Assembly: GCA_030167865.1 (NCBI GenBank)
Contig: JALAGF010001205.1
Span: 1 to 64,000, forward strand
DNA length: 64,000 nt
Source of the DNA: Craspedostauros australis
Taxonomy: Eukaryota
Direction: 5' to 3'
Numbering within the stretch: the stretch's first letter is position 1; the number at the start of each line of letters is the position of its first letter. Under the pieces are notes generated by a model. It saw only the letters and a program-made list of their open reading frames with translations, had not been told where the DNA came from and did not search any database. Shown piece after piece: positions 1-10,558 of this stretch. The position numbers and the translations under genes are program-made.

Positions 1-775
1 CATCACATACTCACCGGTCATGTTCAATGCATGTCGCGTCGTCATTCGTGCTCTTGAGCGGATAGGAGCATCGCCTCCGTTTCGCTTTCTCAGAGAAGCG
101 ATCCCTTGTCCGTCGATGCGCGTCGACATGTCTGATACATATCGACAGTTTNGCCCATAGTCTTGGCTCATGTGCGATTACATCCCTAGAGGTCGATCCA
201 TAGGTTCGCCCTCATTACAGCGGTGGTACATGGATAGGCTTCATGGTGGGACATGACTGATGTTGATGTCATTCATGAACAGAGGGTTGATGGGGGACAG
301 GCTGCAAGGTGGTCCGAGTGTTACCAACAAAGTTGACCTCGTCGAGTTGTGAAGATATTATTGGGAGGTGCGGCAATCATGGGTATCTTGGTAAAAGCGT
401 ACCCCCGATTCCTGACACGCAAGTCTGCCACGTTTGCAAGCAAGGTGCTCATGACCACTATTCCAAGTCTTCTTTCTCATGCTGGATATGGATAGGAGTG
501 GAGAGAGTTAATGGGTTTGTGACAAGCACTTTCGAACTTCTCACCTGATGAGGAAACCTTGGCAGGGAGTTGGTGGAATGACATAATAATTCACATTCAT
601 GGCAATTCTTCACGACACAACATGCATCACACTAGGGGCGAAACTGTTGATTATGACAAATTGCCACATATGTGTGCATGCCTTGTTTCTGTCACATCGT
701 GAAATTTCACTGCAGAAAACTTTGGCTTGTGAGCTGATCAACAAATATGGTACTTTATTGGAACATTTACCTCCA

Positions 776-2284
776 TTACAAGTTCTGATCGTCACCAGTG
801 AAGTCAAGTGTGCGTGGGTCTTCATCGTCCAAGCTCTCGATGTCATCGATCAACATTCCATTGCGAGAATCGTGGTCACCGCGGAAGGATTCATTGTCAC
901 CATCTTCATTGGTGTTGTCACCGTGATTGCTCCTTCCATTCTCCTGTTGGCGAGTTCGATTGCGGTTGTGGCGACCACGAGATGCCATTGCGCTTCGGTT
1001 GCTTTTGGGCTTGGCCATTCGCTTGCTTGATCGTTGTGCTTGCGATTCGATCATGGATCCAGTTGATTGCACCACCACAAAGAATTGAATCGAGGTGTAG
1101 CCACCAGGCTCTCCACCCTCCACAATCTTGAATCGGCCTTTGGGCCCCATACGGTGTGATGTTGTTGAATAAGTTCCAAACTCCAATTTTTCCTCAAAAT
1201 GGACTGTGAATGTACGAGGCGGACACTCCTTGTTTCCTTTCATTGTGAATGCATCCATGCCTTTCTGCATGTGGTCAATGAATTGAGTAAATACACTTTT
1301 GTTGCAAAGGCTGAGAAGTGAGTACGCATCATAGTTTGCAGCTGCAACTGGGACGGTACCGACGACCTTGTGTCCGCAGGCAGACACCTCAATCTTCACA
1401 GACTCAGAGTCAGTCCCTGATGGCATCTGTACATTCACCAAGTACCGCTCTTGGATGTCACCATCAAGATCAAAGGTGTCTTTCACAGCATGAAAGCACA
1501 GCATGTCCGTCTCAAAGCACACTTTCCCAAACAAACCATCCGTGGAGATCTTCATTGTTGTCAATGCGTTGTTCATTGATTCAATCTCATTGGTCTCAAT
1601 AGGTTCGACTTCTTCTGGAAGCTCAACAGTTTCGACTTCAACCTTGGTGTAGCTGTCGTCACTGGAGTCTTCTCCGGCATCCAAGTTGTGCTCAGGTCTC
1701 ACTTGGCCTTGCACTGGTTGAGATTGTGCTGCTGGGTCTGCTGCTTCGTTGGCGTCTGCACCTCCAGGACGAAAGTTGATATAGTTGTCAAGATCAGGTA
1801 GAGGAGGTTGCTTGCGTTTCTTTGCAGCTGGACCTTCCTGCTGACGAATGATTGGATTGTAGTCAACTGCTTTGGGGTGGATGTTGTTTGCTGGAGGTCC
1901 TTGGTTGACACTCAACAGCTTGGAGAGTAGTTCACATGGTGGAACTGAGGAAAAGGCAAAAGATTGAAGCATGATGATACAAGAGGTGAGTCACAACTGT
2001 TCTCTGGGGAAGCAAAGTGCTCTGCATGAACATGGGCAGGCACAGAACAGAGGAAAAGTGGACTTACTCTGCTTATGCTGCTGGAGCTTGATGACAAGCG
2101 CAGATACTTTCTTGCAGTGACCTGAGAATGTGTTTAGCTTGTACTGATCCCAAATGTGGCGGTGGTGAGGGTCCTTCCGAAGAACCGATGCTGAGTAGTT
2201 GTTGGGATTGTACGGCCCGATGCGCCAATTGAACAAATCAAATAGGATCGCAGCTTCGATGCTTACAATTCGCCACTTGCCCAT
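776..2284 (-). CDS. Two-exon hypothetical protein (~460 aa), possibly a transposon accessory protein: N-terminal HTH/Myb-like segment, acidic linker, putative HSP20/alpha-crystallin-like beta domain
   Basis: Exon 1 2284-2068 (MGKWRIVS...HKQ); GTAAGT donor at 2067; polypyrimidine tract plus CAG acceptor at 1945; exon 2 1944-776. The phase-1 splice joins ORFs 1991..2284 and 776..1972 in frame. Domain calls are by eye only. Confidence 0.6.
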
Positions 2285-3019
2285 GTTTTATGACATGCAG
2301 TTGTTGTGATGATGCGTATCAATGAATTGTGTACAGGAGAGGATGGCCAGAAGAAAGTGAGTATGGATGCTTGGTCATGCAATGGATCAGTTGCAGGAGC
2401 ACACAATCAAACAACATCGTCCAACTGGCAAAGGGAAAGTTCTTCATGTGATGCAGCAGCGCGATTCTGGGCGTTGGCATTGCTTCTGTCATTTCTTCTG
2501 GTACGCACCTGTGCAACTCCATCTTCAAACCACATCAGACCCACCAAGTTGCTTGCTCACGGTTGCTTGCCTGCTTCGTCCATCTGCTGTGTCATGGTAG
2601 TATTGTTGCAGTTGAACAGTCCTGTGAAGAAGACAGTGTTGCTGGTTGTGGGTGATGATTGATGGTACGAAGTGAGATGGAAGAGTCTTCGAATGCCGTT
2701 TTTGTGTGCAGAGTATGGCAGTTTCTGTGGGATCGGTCACCATCGCCAACTTCTCTCGGTGTCATGTTGGCCACGGCCAAGGTGGGAAACGGTTTCCCAA
2801 AGCTGTGTGGCCAAATTCCAGCTTGACTCGGTCATAACGCAACACACACAGCTCACGTTGACATGGTGTGATCAAGAGAAAGTCCATCTTGGGTGGGAGA
2901 GCACAATTTGTTCCTGAGATATACATGTGCTTTGCCGTGCCGGCGTGCATTCCAAGATCAAAATTTGGACCTCGCAAGGAATTCTGCTTGCAATGCATGT
3001 CTTTGTTGGCGGTTTGCGT

Positions 3020-3143
3020 TTCATTTCGGGATTGAGATGAAGAAATCGCTTTCATGTTTGCACCAGGATGAAGAAGCAGACGTCATTACGGTACTGGGAT
3101 GAAGAAATTGCCTTCAATTCGGCACTGAGATGAAGCCATGTCC
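3020..3143. repeat. Array of four 31-bp degenerate units, each an imperfect palindrome TTCA-N14-TGAA followed by GAAA
   Basis: Units start at 3020, 3051, 3082 and 3113, e.g. ttcatttcgggattgagatgaagaaatcgct and ttcaattcggcactgagatgaagcc. Confidence 0.85.
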
Positions 3144-3167
3144 ACCATGTCGACGCTTCTAAGCGTC

Positions 3168-6100
3168 GTGTGACGGGACCTGCAGTCCGTCCTGGGATGG
3201 TGGCAACATACGGGGCTTTCGACCAAGCCACCCACATATTCATAAACTAGACAAAATTATAAAAATCATAGCGTCGTTCGATTTTGCTTTAATGTATTAT
3301 TTTAAGTTTTATGGACCCTTCGATTTTGTGCTCATCTAGACATGACTAGCGCACTACGGCCAGACTCGGTGTCTTGGTGCCTTCGTTGGTATCGCCAAAA
3401 GAAGAATTATCGATGTCAATTGCATTGCTAATTTATTGTTTTAGTCCCTCCATCGCGGCTCTGACTCGCCGCAACAATTGTGTCCTCACATTTGTTCCAC
3501 CAACTCCGGAGATTCCGTATTTTCCTTCATTGTTTGTGTCTCGCATGCAATTTGCTCCGATGCTTCATTTTCTTCTTGTTGCAGCGCGATTTCCTCCTCT
3601 TCTGCTGTTGTGTGTTGTGCAGGCACGATCTCTGTGTGGGTGCTGTTCTCGTTCGTCGGTGGTGGGGTGATTGTTTTGTTTGTCACGTTTTTGTTTATCG
3701 TGGTTTCCGGGGTACTAGTGTTCGTGGGCTTCGGTTTCGTGCGTTGGTAGGACGCGGACATGTACTGCTTCACTCGCATTGGGTTCACATGCACCTGTGC
3801 ATACCAGTCAGTCATCATTTCGGTCGTCTCCATGCACCGCCCTGTATGCCTCGTACTTGGTTGGTCTGTTCTTCGGGTCCGCACGTGCCACTCTGCACAC
3901 CTCCTCCAACACTTCCATCAGGTATGGGCGAATGGGCTCGTTGCGTTGCAGGGCTTTTGCAGCCCAACCAGGCTCAGCCAATCGTGGGTGTTCTGTTGTT
4001 GCTGTGGTGTCCTGCAGCACACTACTTACATCAGGTGTCTCCAAGGCTGCCATGTTGATTGCTTCGAGGTACGTCAGCGCCTTGCTTTTGGTGGCACTCT
4101 TCGAGAACCTGAGGGTCTTTTTCTGCTTCCGTGGTGATATTGCTGTGAGTGGTTGTTGCGTCGATTGGTGTTCGTTGATGATGGGAACCTCAAAATTCAT
4201 GATGTCATAGTCTTCCCATTCTGCTTCCTCCACACGCACTGGATCAGTGCCATTTGAAGCCGCAAGTAAGTCTGTGTAGCCGTTTCCATGTTGCACCTCA
4301 TGCATTGATCGTACATTCATGCCCTTCGCGCGGAACCTGTTGCGCGGATTTGTCTTGTGCATCACACAGCAACCTTCCAAACCTGATGCATCAACCAAGA
4401 CAGTGGTAGTACCTCTGATATTTTCCATTCGCATCGCGTCAAAGATCTCGTGTTTGGTTTGAATTTTGCCGCCGCTTTGCACATAGGATTGTAGTACAAT
4501 AGTGATGTAGGCAAAGTGAGTGTCGATTCACCCTTTGCCTGTTTGGGCTTCTGTGTAGATCCAAACAACAAATTGGGGAAGTCCGTTGCGTGACGCATTC
4601 TTGTTGATCTGTGATGAGACGAGCGCGATGTGCTCGTGGCTGGCGAAGCAGCCAGCGTTGTCTGACTGCAGGATGATTTCTGTCACCGATGGTAGGAGAT
4701 CGCGTACCTTCTTCTGGATTATTTAGAGAAGCCCACCAACTTAAAGTGTGTCTTGGGTTGGCCGGCCATGAACAATTATGTCAACAAAACGATATGTGAA
4801 TTCGTCATCTTTGCAGGTTACAATCATAACACCAAGGAGCGACATGCTCTTCTTGCCCCAGTAATCTGTCTGCAATTCTTGTTGTGCCGTCGGCAGAATC
4901 TTCTGCTTATTGTCCTTGCTCAACAGGTCGTAGTAGTTGCGCAGAGTGAGGAGCTGGCCCCACATGATGGTGTATTGCTCTGGCAAGAGGCCGAGACGCT
5001 GAACGTCAGGAAGTTCACTCTTGTATCGGGTGAGGAGGTTCGTGCACTGGTGTGGCGAAGCGGACATGGCGAGAATGCATCTTGCTGTTCGTGCGATGTT
5101 CTTCTTGCCGACAAGGCAAATTGTGTAGAGGTTGGGAGCCAGCTTGACTGGCGGCAAGTCCACTCCTGCCTGCACGAACACCACCACTTGCTCCATCTGC
5201 AAAACTGGCCAGGTTATGGCTGGGATCAGCGCTTTCCACAGTGCATTGGAGACAGCCGCAAAGATCTTCTTCACTTTGCTCCACACTTGCCTGTCGGAAT
5301 TGCGCCCCAATACAAATCCGCAACAAGGAAAGTCAACAAGAACAGAAGCAAGGTCCTTCACTCCGAGCTCCTGCAAGACCTCGTGCATGGTTTCAAACGC
5401 ATCAGTCCTCTCCTTGTTGGGTTTGAATCTGAACTTTCTCACGCTTGATATCCTGGTCTTGGTTCTGTTGCGCCCCTTGGGGCGGTAGGCTTCGTTGTCG
5501 CCAGCATCGTCATGTTGGATGCACTTGCCTTTCTTTGCTGGTTGGATGGCTGGTGCGGGAAGGGGTGCGGGGAGGGATTCCAGAGTCGGGACGCAGACTT
5601 TGACATGCACCTTCGTCCCTCCATTGGAGCCGTGTCTGAAAGCCTGCACGGCGACCTTGGAGGTATCAAGAATCATGCCGTTGTCGGTGGTGATGTGCAC
5701 ACGGACGAAGAGCTTCTCGTTGGTTGCATTGAGTGTGCGAACCTGTTTGTTGTTGGTGAGGATCTCAACATCACACTCGTTGTCGAAGGTGGCACCTTTG
5801 AGCGCAGGAGGCAAGACCTTGTTTGTTGTAGGTGGTGGAATGTGCTGCTTCCCATCCATACCCAATGGAGGCAGAAGCTTCTCACCAGTAGATGAGGCAA
5901 ACAGTTCCTTGCGACCGATCGGATCCGATGGAAACGGGCGCACGGATGGAGAGGATGGCATACGTGGCTTCTTGGAGGGAGAAAGATTGGCGTCCTTCGA
6001 CGCAGCTTTCGTGGTAGAGACAGGCATGATGCTGATTGGTACTGATGGGTAGATGTAGATGACTACTAGTGATGGAAGTGAACTGAGCAGGAGGAGTGCA

Positions 6101-6560
6101 AGAAGGTGACAATACAAGAACTACGTGAACATGCCACAAGCACAGCACGCCACCGGAGGTTTGTGACATGTGACGAGAGTCGAATTGGAATATCAACGTC
6201 TAATAACGGTTAAACGCTAAGAAATGTGTTCGGACAGGTCAAACAATGACACCGCTGAAATGTGAAATTCCGTACGCAACCCGTCAAAAATGGCCTTTCC
6301 GGAACGTGTCTGGGCACATTGCGTTGTTTGCGTCGAAAAAGCTAATCAATGCCTTGCGATCATCACGGAGCAGCGTGCATATTCGACCAAGAGGACCGTA
6401 AATATACAAAGATGGATAAAAATTAAAATAGGACATTAAAGCAAAATCGGCGTCCACGGTGAATCTTATATTTTTATCTAGTTCATGAATATGTGGATGG
6501 CTTGGTCGAAAGCCCCGTATGTTGCCACCATCCCAGGACTGACTGCAGGTCCTGTCACTC
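3168..6560. mobile_element. TIR-bounded DNA transposon (~3.4 kb), Sola3-like
   Basis: 3168-3312 and 6416-6560 are ~145-bp inverted repeats containing a perfect 42-bp block, GTCCTGGGATGGTGGCAACATACGGGGCTTTCGACCAAGCCA. The right end terminates in CTC. A DDD transposase pseudogene lies inside. No clear TSD. Confidence 0.8.
3486..6027 (-). pseudogene. Disrupted Sola3-like DDD transposase
   Basis: One frame reads DNKQKILP...QTDYWGKKSMSLLG...QDTL*VGGLL*...ILQSDNAGCF...WIYTEAQTGKG*IDTHF, with stops at 4741-4743 (TAA), 4723-4725 (TAA) and 4528-4530 (TGA). Probable frameshift near 3830 into ORF 3486..3884. Superfamily assignment rests on motif recall. Confidence 0.7.
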
Positions 6561-6683
6561 AAGTGGGTTATGAAACGTGAAGAAACGGTTTTCAACATTT
6601 CCAAAACGTGAAGAAATGACCTTCATCTCGGCACTGGGATGAAGAAATGTTCTTCAATTCGGCACTGGGATGAAACAGAAAGG
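6560..6683. repeat. Second array of four 31-bp units, same orientation as 3020-3143
   Basis: The TGAA(GAAA) motif recurs at 6578, 6609, 6640 and 6671. The last two units (ttcatctcggcactgggatgaagaaatgttc, ttcaattcggcactgggatgaa) closely match the last two units of the left array. Confidence 0.85.
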
Positions 6684-7880
6684 CTGACCTCTCGAATCAT
6701 TTCCAACAAGACCTCGCACTTCATGTCAGAGTGGAATCCACCACAATCAGTCCGCCACGAGCAAAGATGTGTGTGTGTGTGTGTGCAACATGTTTTTTTG
6801 CGTGTAGCTGTATTTATGTAGTTCAATTCCGCTGCGACAAAGCGAGCATGCCTGTTGCACATGCGCGCGCGGAAATGAAGGAATCAAACAACATTCAATG
6901 TCTTCCTCCATGAAGACTTTGATGTTCTGACACAGTGTTGCGGAAAACGTATGCGCACAACTGACGTCGCCGAACAATTTTGCCAAGGCGCATTGCTTTT
7001 TGTCTCTGTGGAAACTGCAATGGGCGGGCTGCGGAACAAGTGTCACGGTGCTTTCTTGCATTGCGCTGCACTGCGATTCGCAGCAAGTCAGTGACTCGCA
7101 AATTCGAGCAGTAGTGGCTGGCGCACAGAGGGTTCTGCTGTGTCTGTGCTGCTGTTTCTGAGAGCCTCATGGACAGGATCGACTTGCAATTGCTTGCACA
7201 CGGAGTGGAAACTGATCCACACACCAGACAACACCAGATGTCCGCACGATGTTCGTTGCATTTTCTGGCTTGCACTTCAACAGCATCAAGCATCAAATCG
7301 CCAAACATCATCAGCGATCCATTTGTTGGAAGCCCCAAACATCATGCCTGTGCAAACCATGTCCATCCTGCAAGTAACATGCCAGCAAGCATCATCGAAC
7401 AGTAGAGGACACAATCAGAGGCCCCACATCAGCACCAGCCCAACGCCAACTGTATGCATCACACCAACACTGTCACAAAACAGTCTTTGGTTGCTATCAA
7501 CAAGAACTCGATCACCTGCAACTCACACAAAACAGCATCAGCCAAACAATAATGCTTCATTGTCATCATTGCCACCATTGACATCATTGCCATCATCTCT
7601 AGCATCATCGCCGTCAAGATCAACCTTCTCCAGCATGCACGCAGGGCAGGCACGGAACCAGTTCGACAATCAACTCTCTGCATCTTCCAAGAAATTCAAA
7701 GCACAAGACAGGAAGCACAAACGAGTTGACGATTGCCAACATTGATGTCAGACTTCCTGCTATTGCTCTTTTGCTGTGCTATTGATCATTGGTATTGTGC
7801 ATTGTGTTCAAATTTACATTGCTACAAACTCACATCCATAATCAACCCTCTTGTTTTTGTTCCTCCATTCACATTCCACG

Positions 7881-8860
7881 ATGACTGACTTTCCATGGCT
7901 TGAACAACTATTCATCACCACAGCAAGATATGTGCTTCATGATGTCTCAAATCAGGTCTCAAGAAGAGCCATCATTGAACATTTCCGAGCACAGTTTGGT
8001 GTCTCTCCCAAAGTGTGCAGCTTAGTCTGGAAGAAATGCAAACTTGACAAAGCAGTGAAGCCTCACCACCTTCTGTGGACCCTTCACTTTTTGAAGGATT
8101 ACTCTACTCAGAGAACAATGGCGACCAATCTTGGAATTGACCATTCCACCCTGTCTACTTGGGTATGGAAAAAAATTGGCCTGATCGCAGAATGCAAAGG
8201 AAGATGGGTAAGTTCAATTTGCTCTACACTTGTTCTGAATATCAAAGCATGCATTCACTCAAGCTCATCAATTTGCTCACACCCCAATCCCAACTTCCCC
8301 TTCAATTCTCCTCTCTGCTGCAATCTCAGATTAAATGGGAGAATCGCATGATTGGTGATCGAAATCGCACATGCAGAGTGAGCGTGGACGGCACTGACTT
8401 TCGCATCGAAGAGCCAACTGTCTTCTGGTCGGGATGGTTTTCGCATTAGTTTAAAGGGCCTGGTTTGCGATATGAAGCTGCCCTTTCTATTCAACGTGGG
8501 GATATCGTGTGGATTAACGGCCCATTTCCGTGTGGGAAGTTCCCTGATATGACGATCTTTCGGAGAAACCTCATCCACATGCTTGATGAAGATGAGATGG
8601 TCGAAGCTGATGGTGGCTACAAAGGCGAACCATTCAAAGTGCATACGCCAGACAACTACCGATCAACTGCAGAGAAGAAGGCAAAAGAGCATGTGCGTGC
8701 AAGGCATGAGACGGTGAATCGACGATTCAAGCAATTTGGATGCTTGGCTCAACGCTATCGCCATCCATTGAAGAAGCATCATGCGATGTTCACATCAGTG
8801 GCTGTCATAACACAAATCTCGATGAAGTACAAATCACCTCTCTTTTCAGTGAAGTATTAA
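7881..8860 (+). pseudogene. PIF/Harbinger-type (DDE_Tnp_4-like) transposase with one intron and one premature stop
   Basis: Exon 1 7881-8207 (HTH region HLLWTLHFLKDY...TLSTWVW); intron 8208-8329 (GTAAGT...CTCAG); exon 2 8330-8860 with SVDGTDFRIEEP, WFSH*FKGPGLRYE (TAG at 8447-8449), WINGPFPCG, EADGGY and RARHETVNRRFKQF. Confidence 0.85.
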
Positions 8861-10558
8861 TGCAGTCAACCAGCCTCTAAGACCAATCGACGTCAATCAT
8901 TAGAACCAGACTTACAGATGAGTCAACAATATTTTCCAGATCAAGCTCAACATACATGGCACAATCATGTGGTATGACGCCTTGCAGGTTTCAGACAATG
9001 TCAGTAACTGACTCGTATTTTGTTGGCAGAATCATTCGCACTGGGGATCAACACGGACCTGGTTGTGTGGCATTGTTGTGAAATGCGTTTCAGTCCTGGT
9101 TCGATTCCAAGTCACGAAATGAAATTTTGTCTGTTTCCACCAACCCCCAGCAAATGACAAGTCACTGAGAACGCAGATGCAAAAGCAGCGAAGCATGGAA
9201 TTCAACAAAAGAGAGTGTTGTTCACATATATGAAACACAAAATTCATTGAAAATTGGTCAACAGTGGCAAATGCAATGGAGGGTAGTAGACTCAACATGA
9301 TGGAGAGATAGACTTTTGAGAACTGATGGAGTGTCACAGCAGAACTGTCCAAGTAATTTTTGGTCACGAAACACTCAGAAATTGATTCCTTCGAACAACT
9401 TCTTCCTGGCAAATCCATAGACACATAGATTTTCTGTGTTGGGTGGTAGGGTTGCGAACACCTTCAAGCTTGCCTTGAATCATCCATCTCATTCCCTCCT
9501 GGCCAAGTTTGCAGCTTGTCGCTGCCTCAGCTGTTTGTGTTGGTGTTGACTGCATTGATCTTGGTTGGAGGGAGAGCACTGGAATCTCCAAAGGGCCTAT
9601 AAAATTTGAAGCGTTGCAGGAAGCATTATTTGAAGCAAGGAGTGTGACAATTCTTTTGTCTTTTCCAAATTGTGTGTGCTTCGATTGCTGCTTGTTCCAT
9701 CACTTCTCTGCTTGTTGTTTCTATCCTCTCTTTCTCCTTTCTCTTGCAGGCTCCTTGATCTCTTTGTGTTTGACCTCCTTTGTTTCTCATTTGTTCAAAA
9801 TGGGTCTTGGTCAAGCTTTACTATCCGATTGTGTCTCCTCTGATGGGTTTGCAATGTTGTCATTGATAGCGCATTCTGTGTTTTTTGAGTTTTTGCTTGT
9901 GTTTCGATTTTGTTGCCATGGGCAATCATTTTGTGAGCTCCACATTGCCATCAAATGGCCATTGTTGCACATGGTTTGAATTGTCCTTACTTAGGAATCT
10001 GGCCCATGTGTGGCCATTGTAACCGTTAAGTTGGGTCTCCATTGCAGAGTCATGCACATGACTTGCACTCCCACTGTGTGTCCTGGCTTCTTCCTGTGGA
10101 TGATGCCCTGGAGTCATATGGGTTGGCTGTATCAACTAGTCAATTATGTCTAGAAGTGACCCAATTTTGAAGCAAACCAAACCTGTGTCACATCTCTGTC
10201 TTCGTGGGTGGTTGAAATCAGGAAGCAAGCATTCTCTAGAGTATTATCCAGGGTGCTCTATTCTGCTCTGCCATGACTCCAGGCACATAAATTGTTATAT
10301 TCTGTTATAATATGTACATATGCATCACCCAGAGCATTCATCGAAGCCCCTTGGGATGTGGTTGGCTGTGGTTTGGCGAAGTTAGTGGAAGAAGAGTGTC
10401 CCTTTATGACACACAACCAATGTCTCTGCAGGACAGCTTGCTCGGATCGAACACTTGCGCACTCATTTCTTTGTTGAAGGGACCGTTACCAATCACTTCA
10501 AGGCCGTTGAGAGGCTCTTCTTCGTCGATGCGATTGTGAGAACAACACTGTCAACACC

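Noticed and set aside
1-600. Possible minus-strand spliced gene (intron-like 544-482, donor near 13)
   Set aside because: No continuous frame across the junction; at best a decayed fragment. Includes an ambiguous base at 152.
3020-6683. 31-bp palindromic arrays as CRISPR arrays
   Set aside because: Inter-repeat segments are only ~9 bp and partly conserved, the repeats are degenerate, there are no cas genes, and the context is eukaryotic.
6900-7750. Short ORFs upstream of the Harbinger transposase and at 9030-10140
   Set aside because: Heavily CpG-decayed, with no consistent frame or recognisable motif; not called.
600-10500. TIRs/TSD for the Harbinger element
   Set aside because: No convincing inverted pair with a TAA/TTA duplication found by eye.
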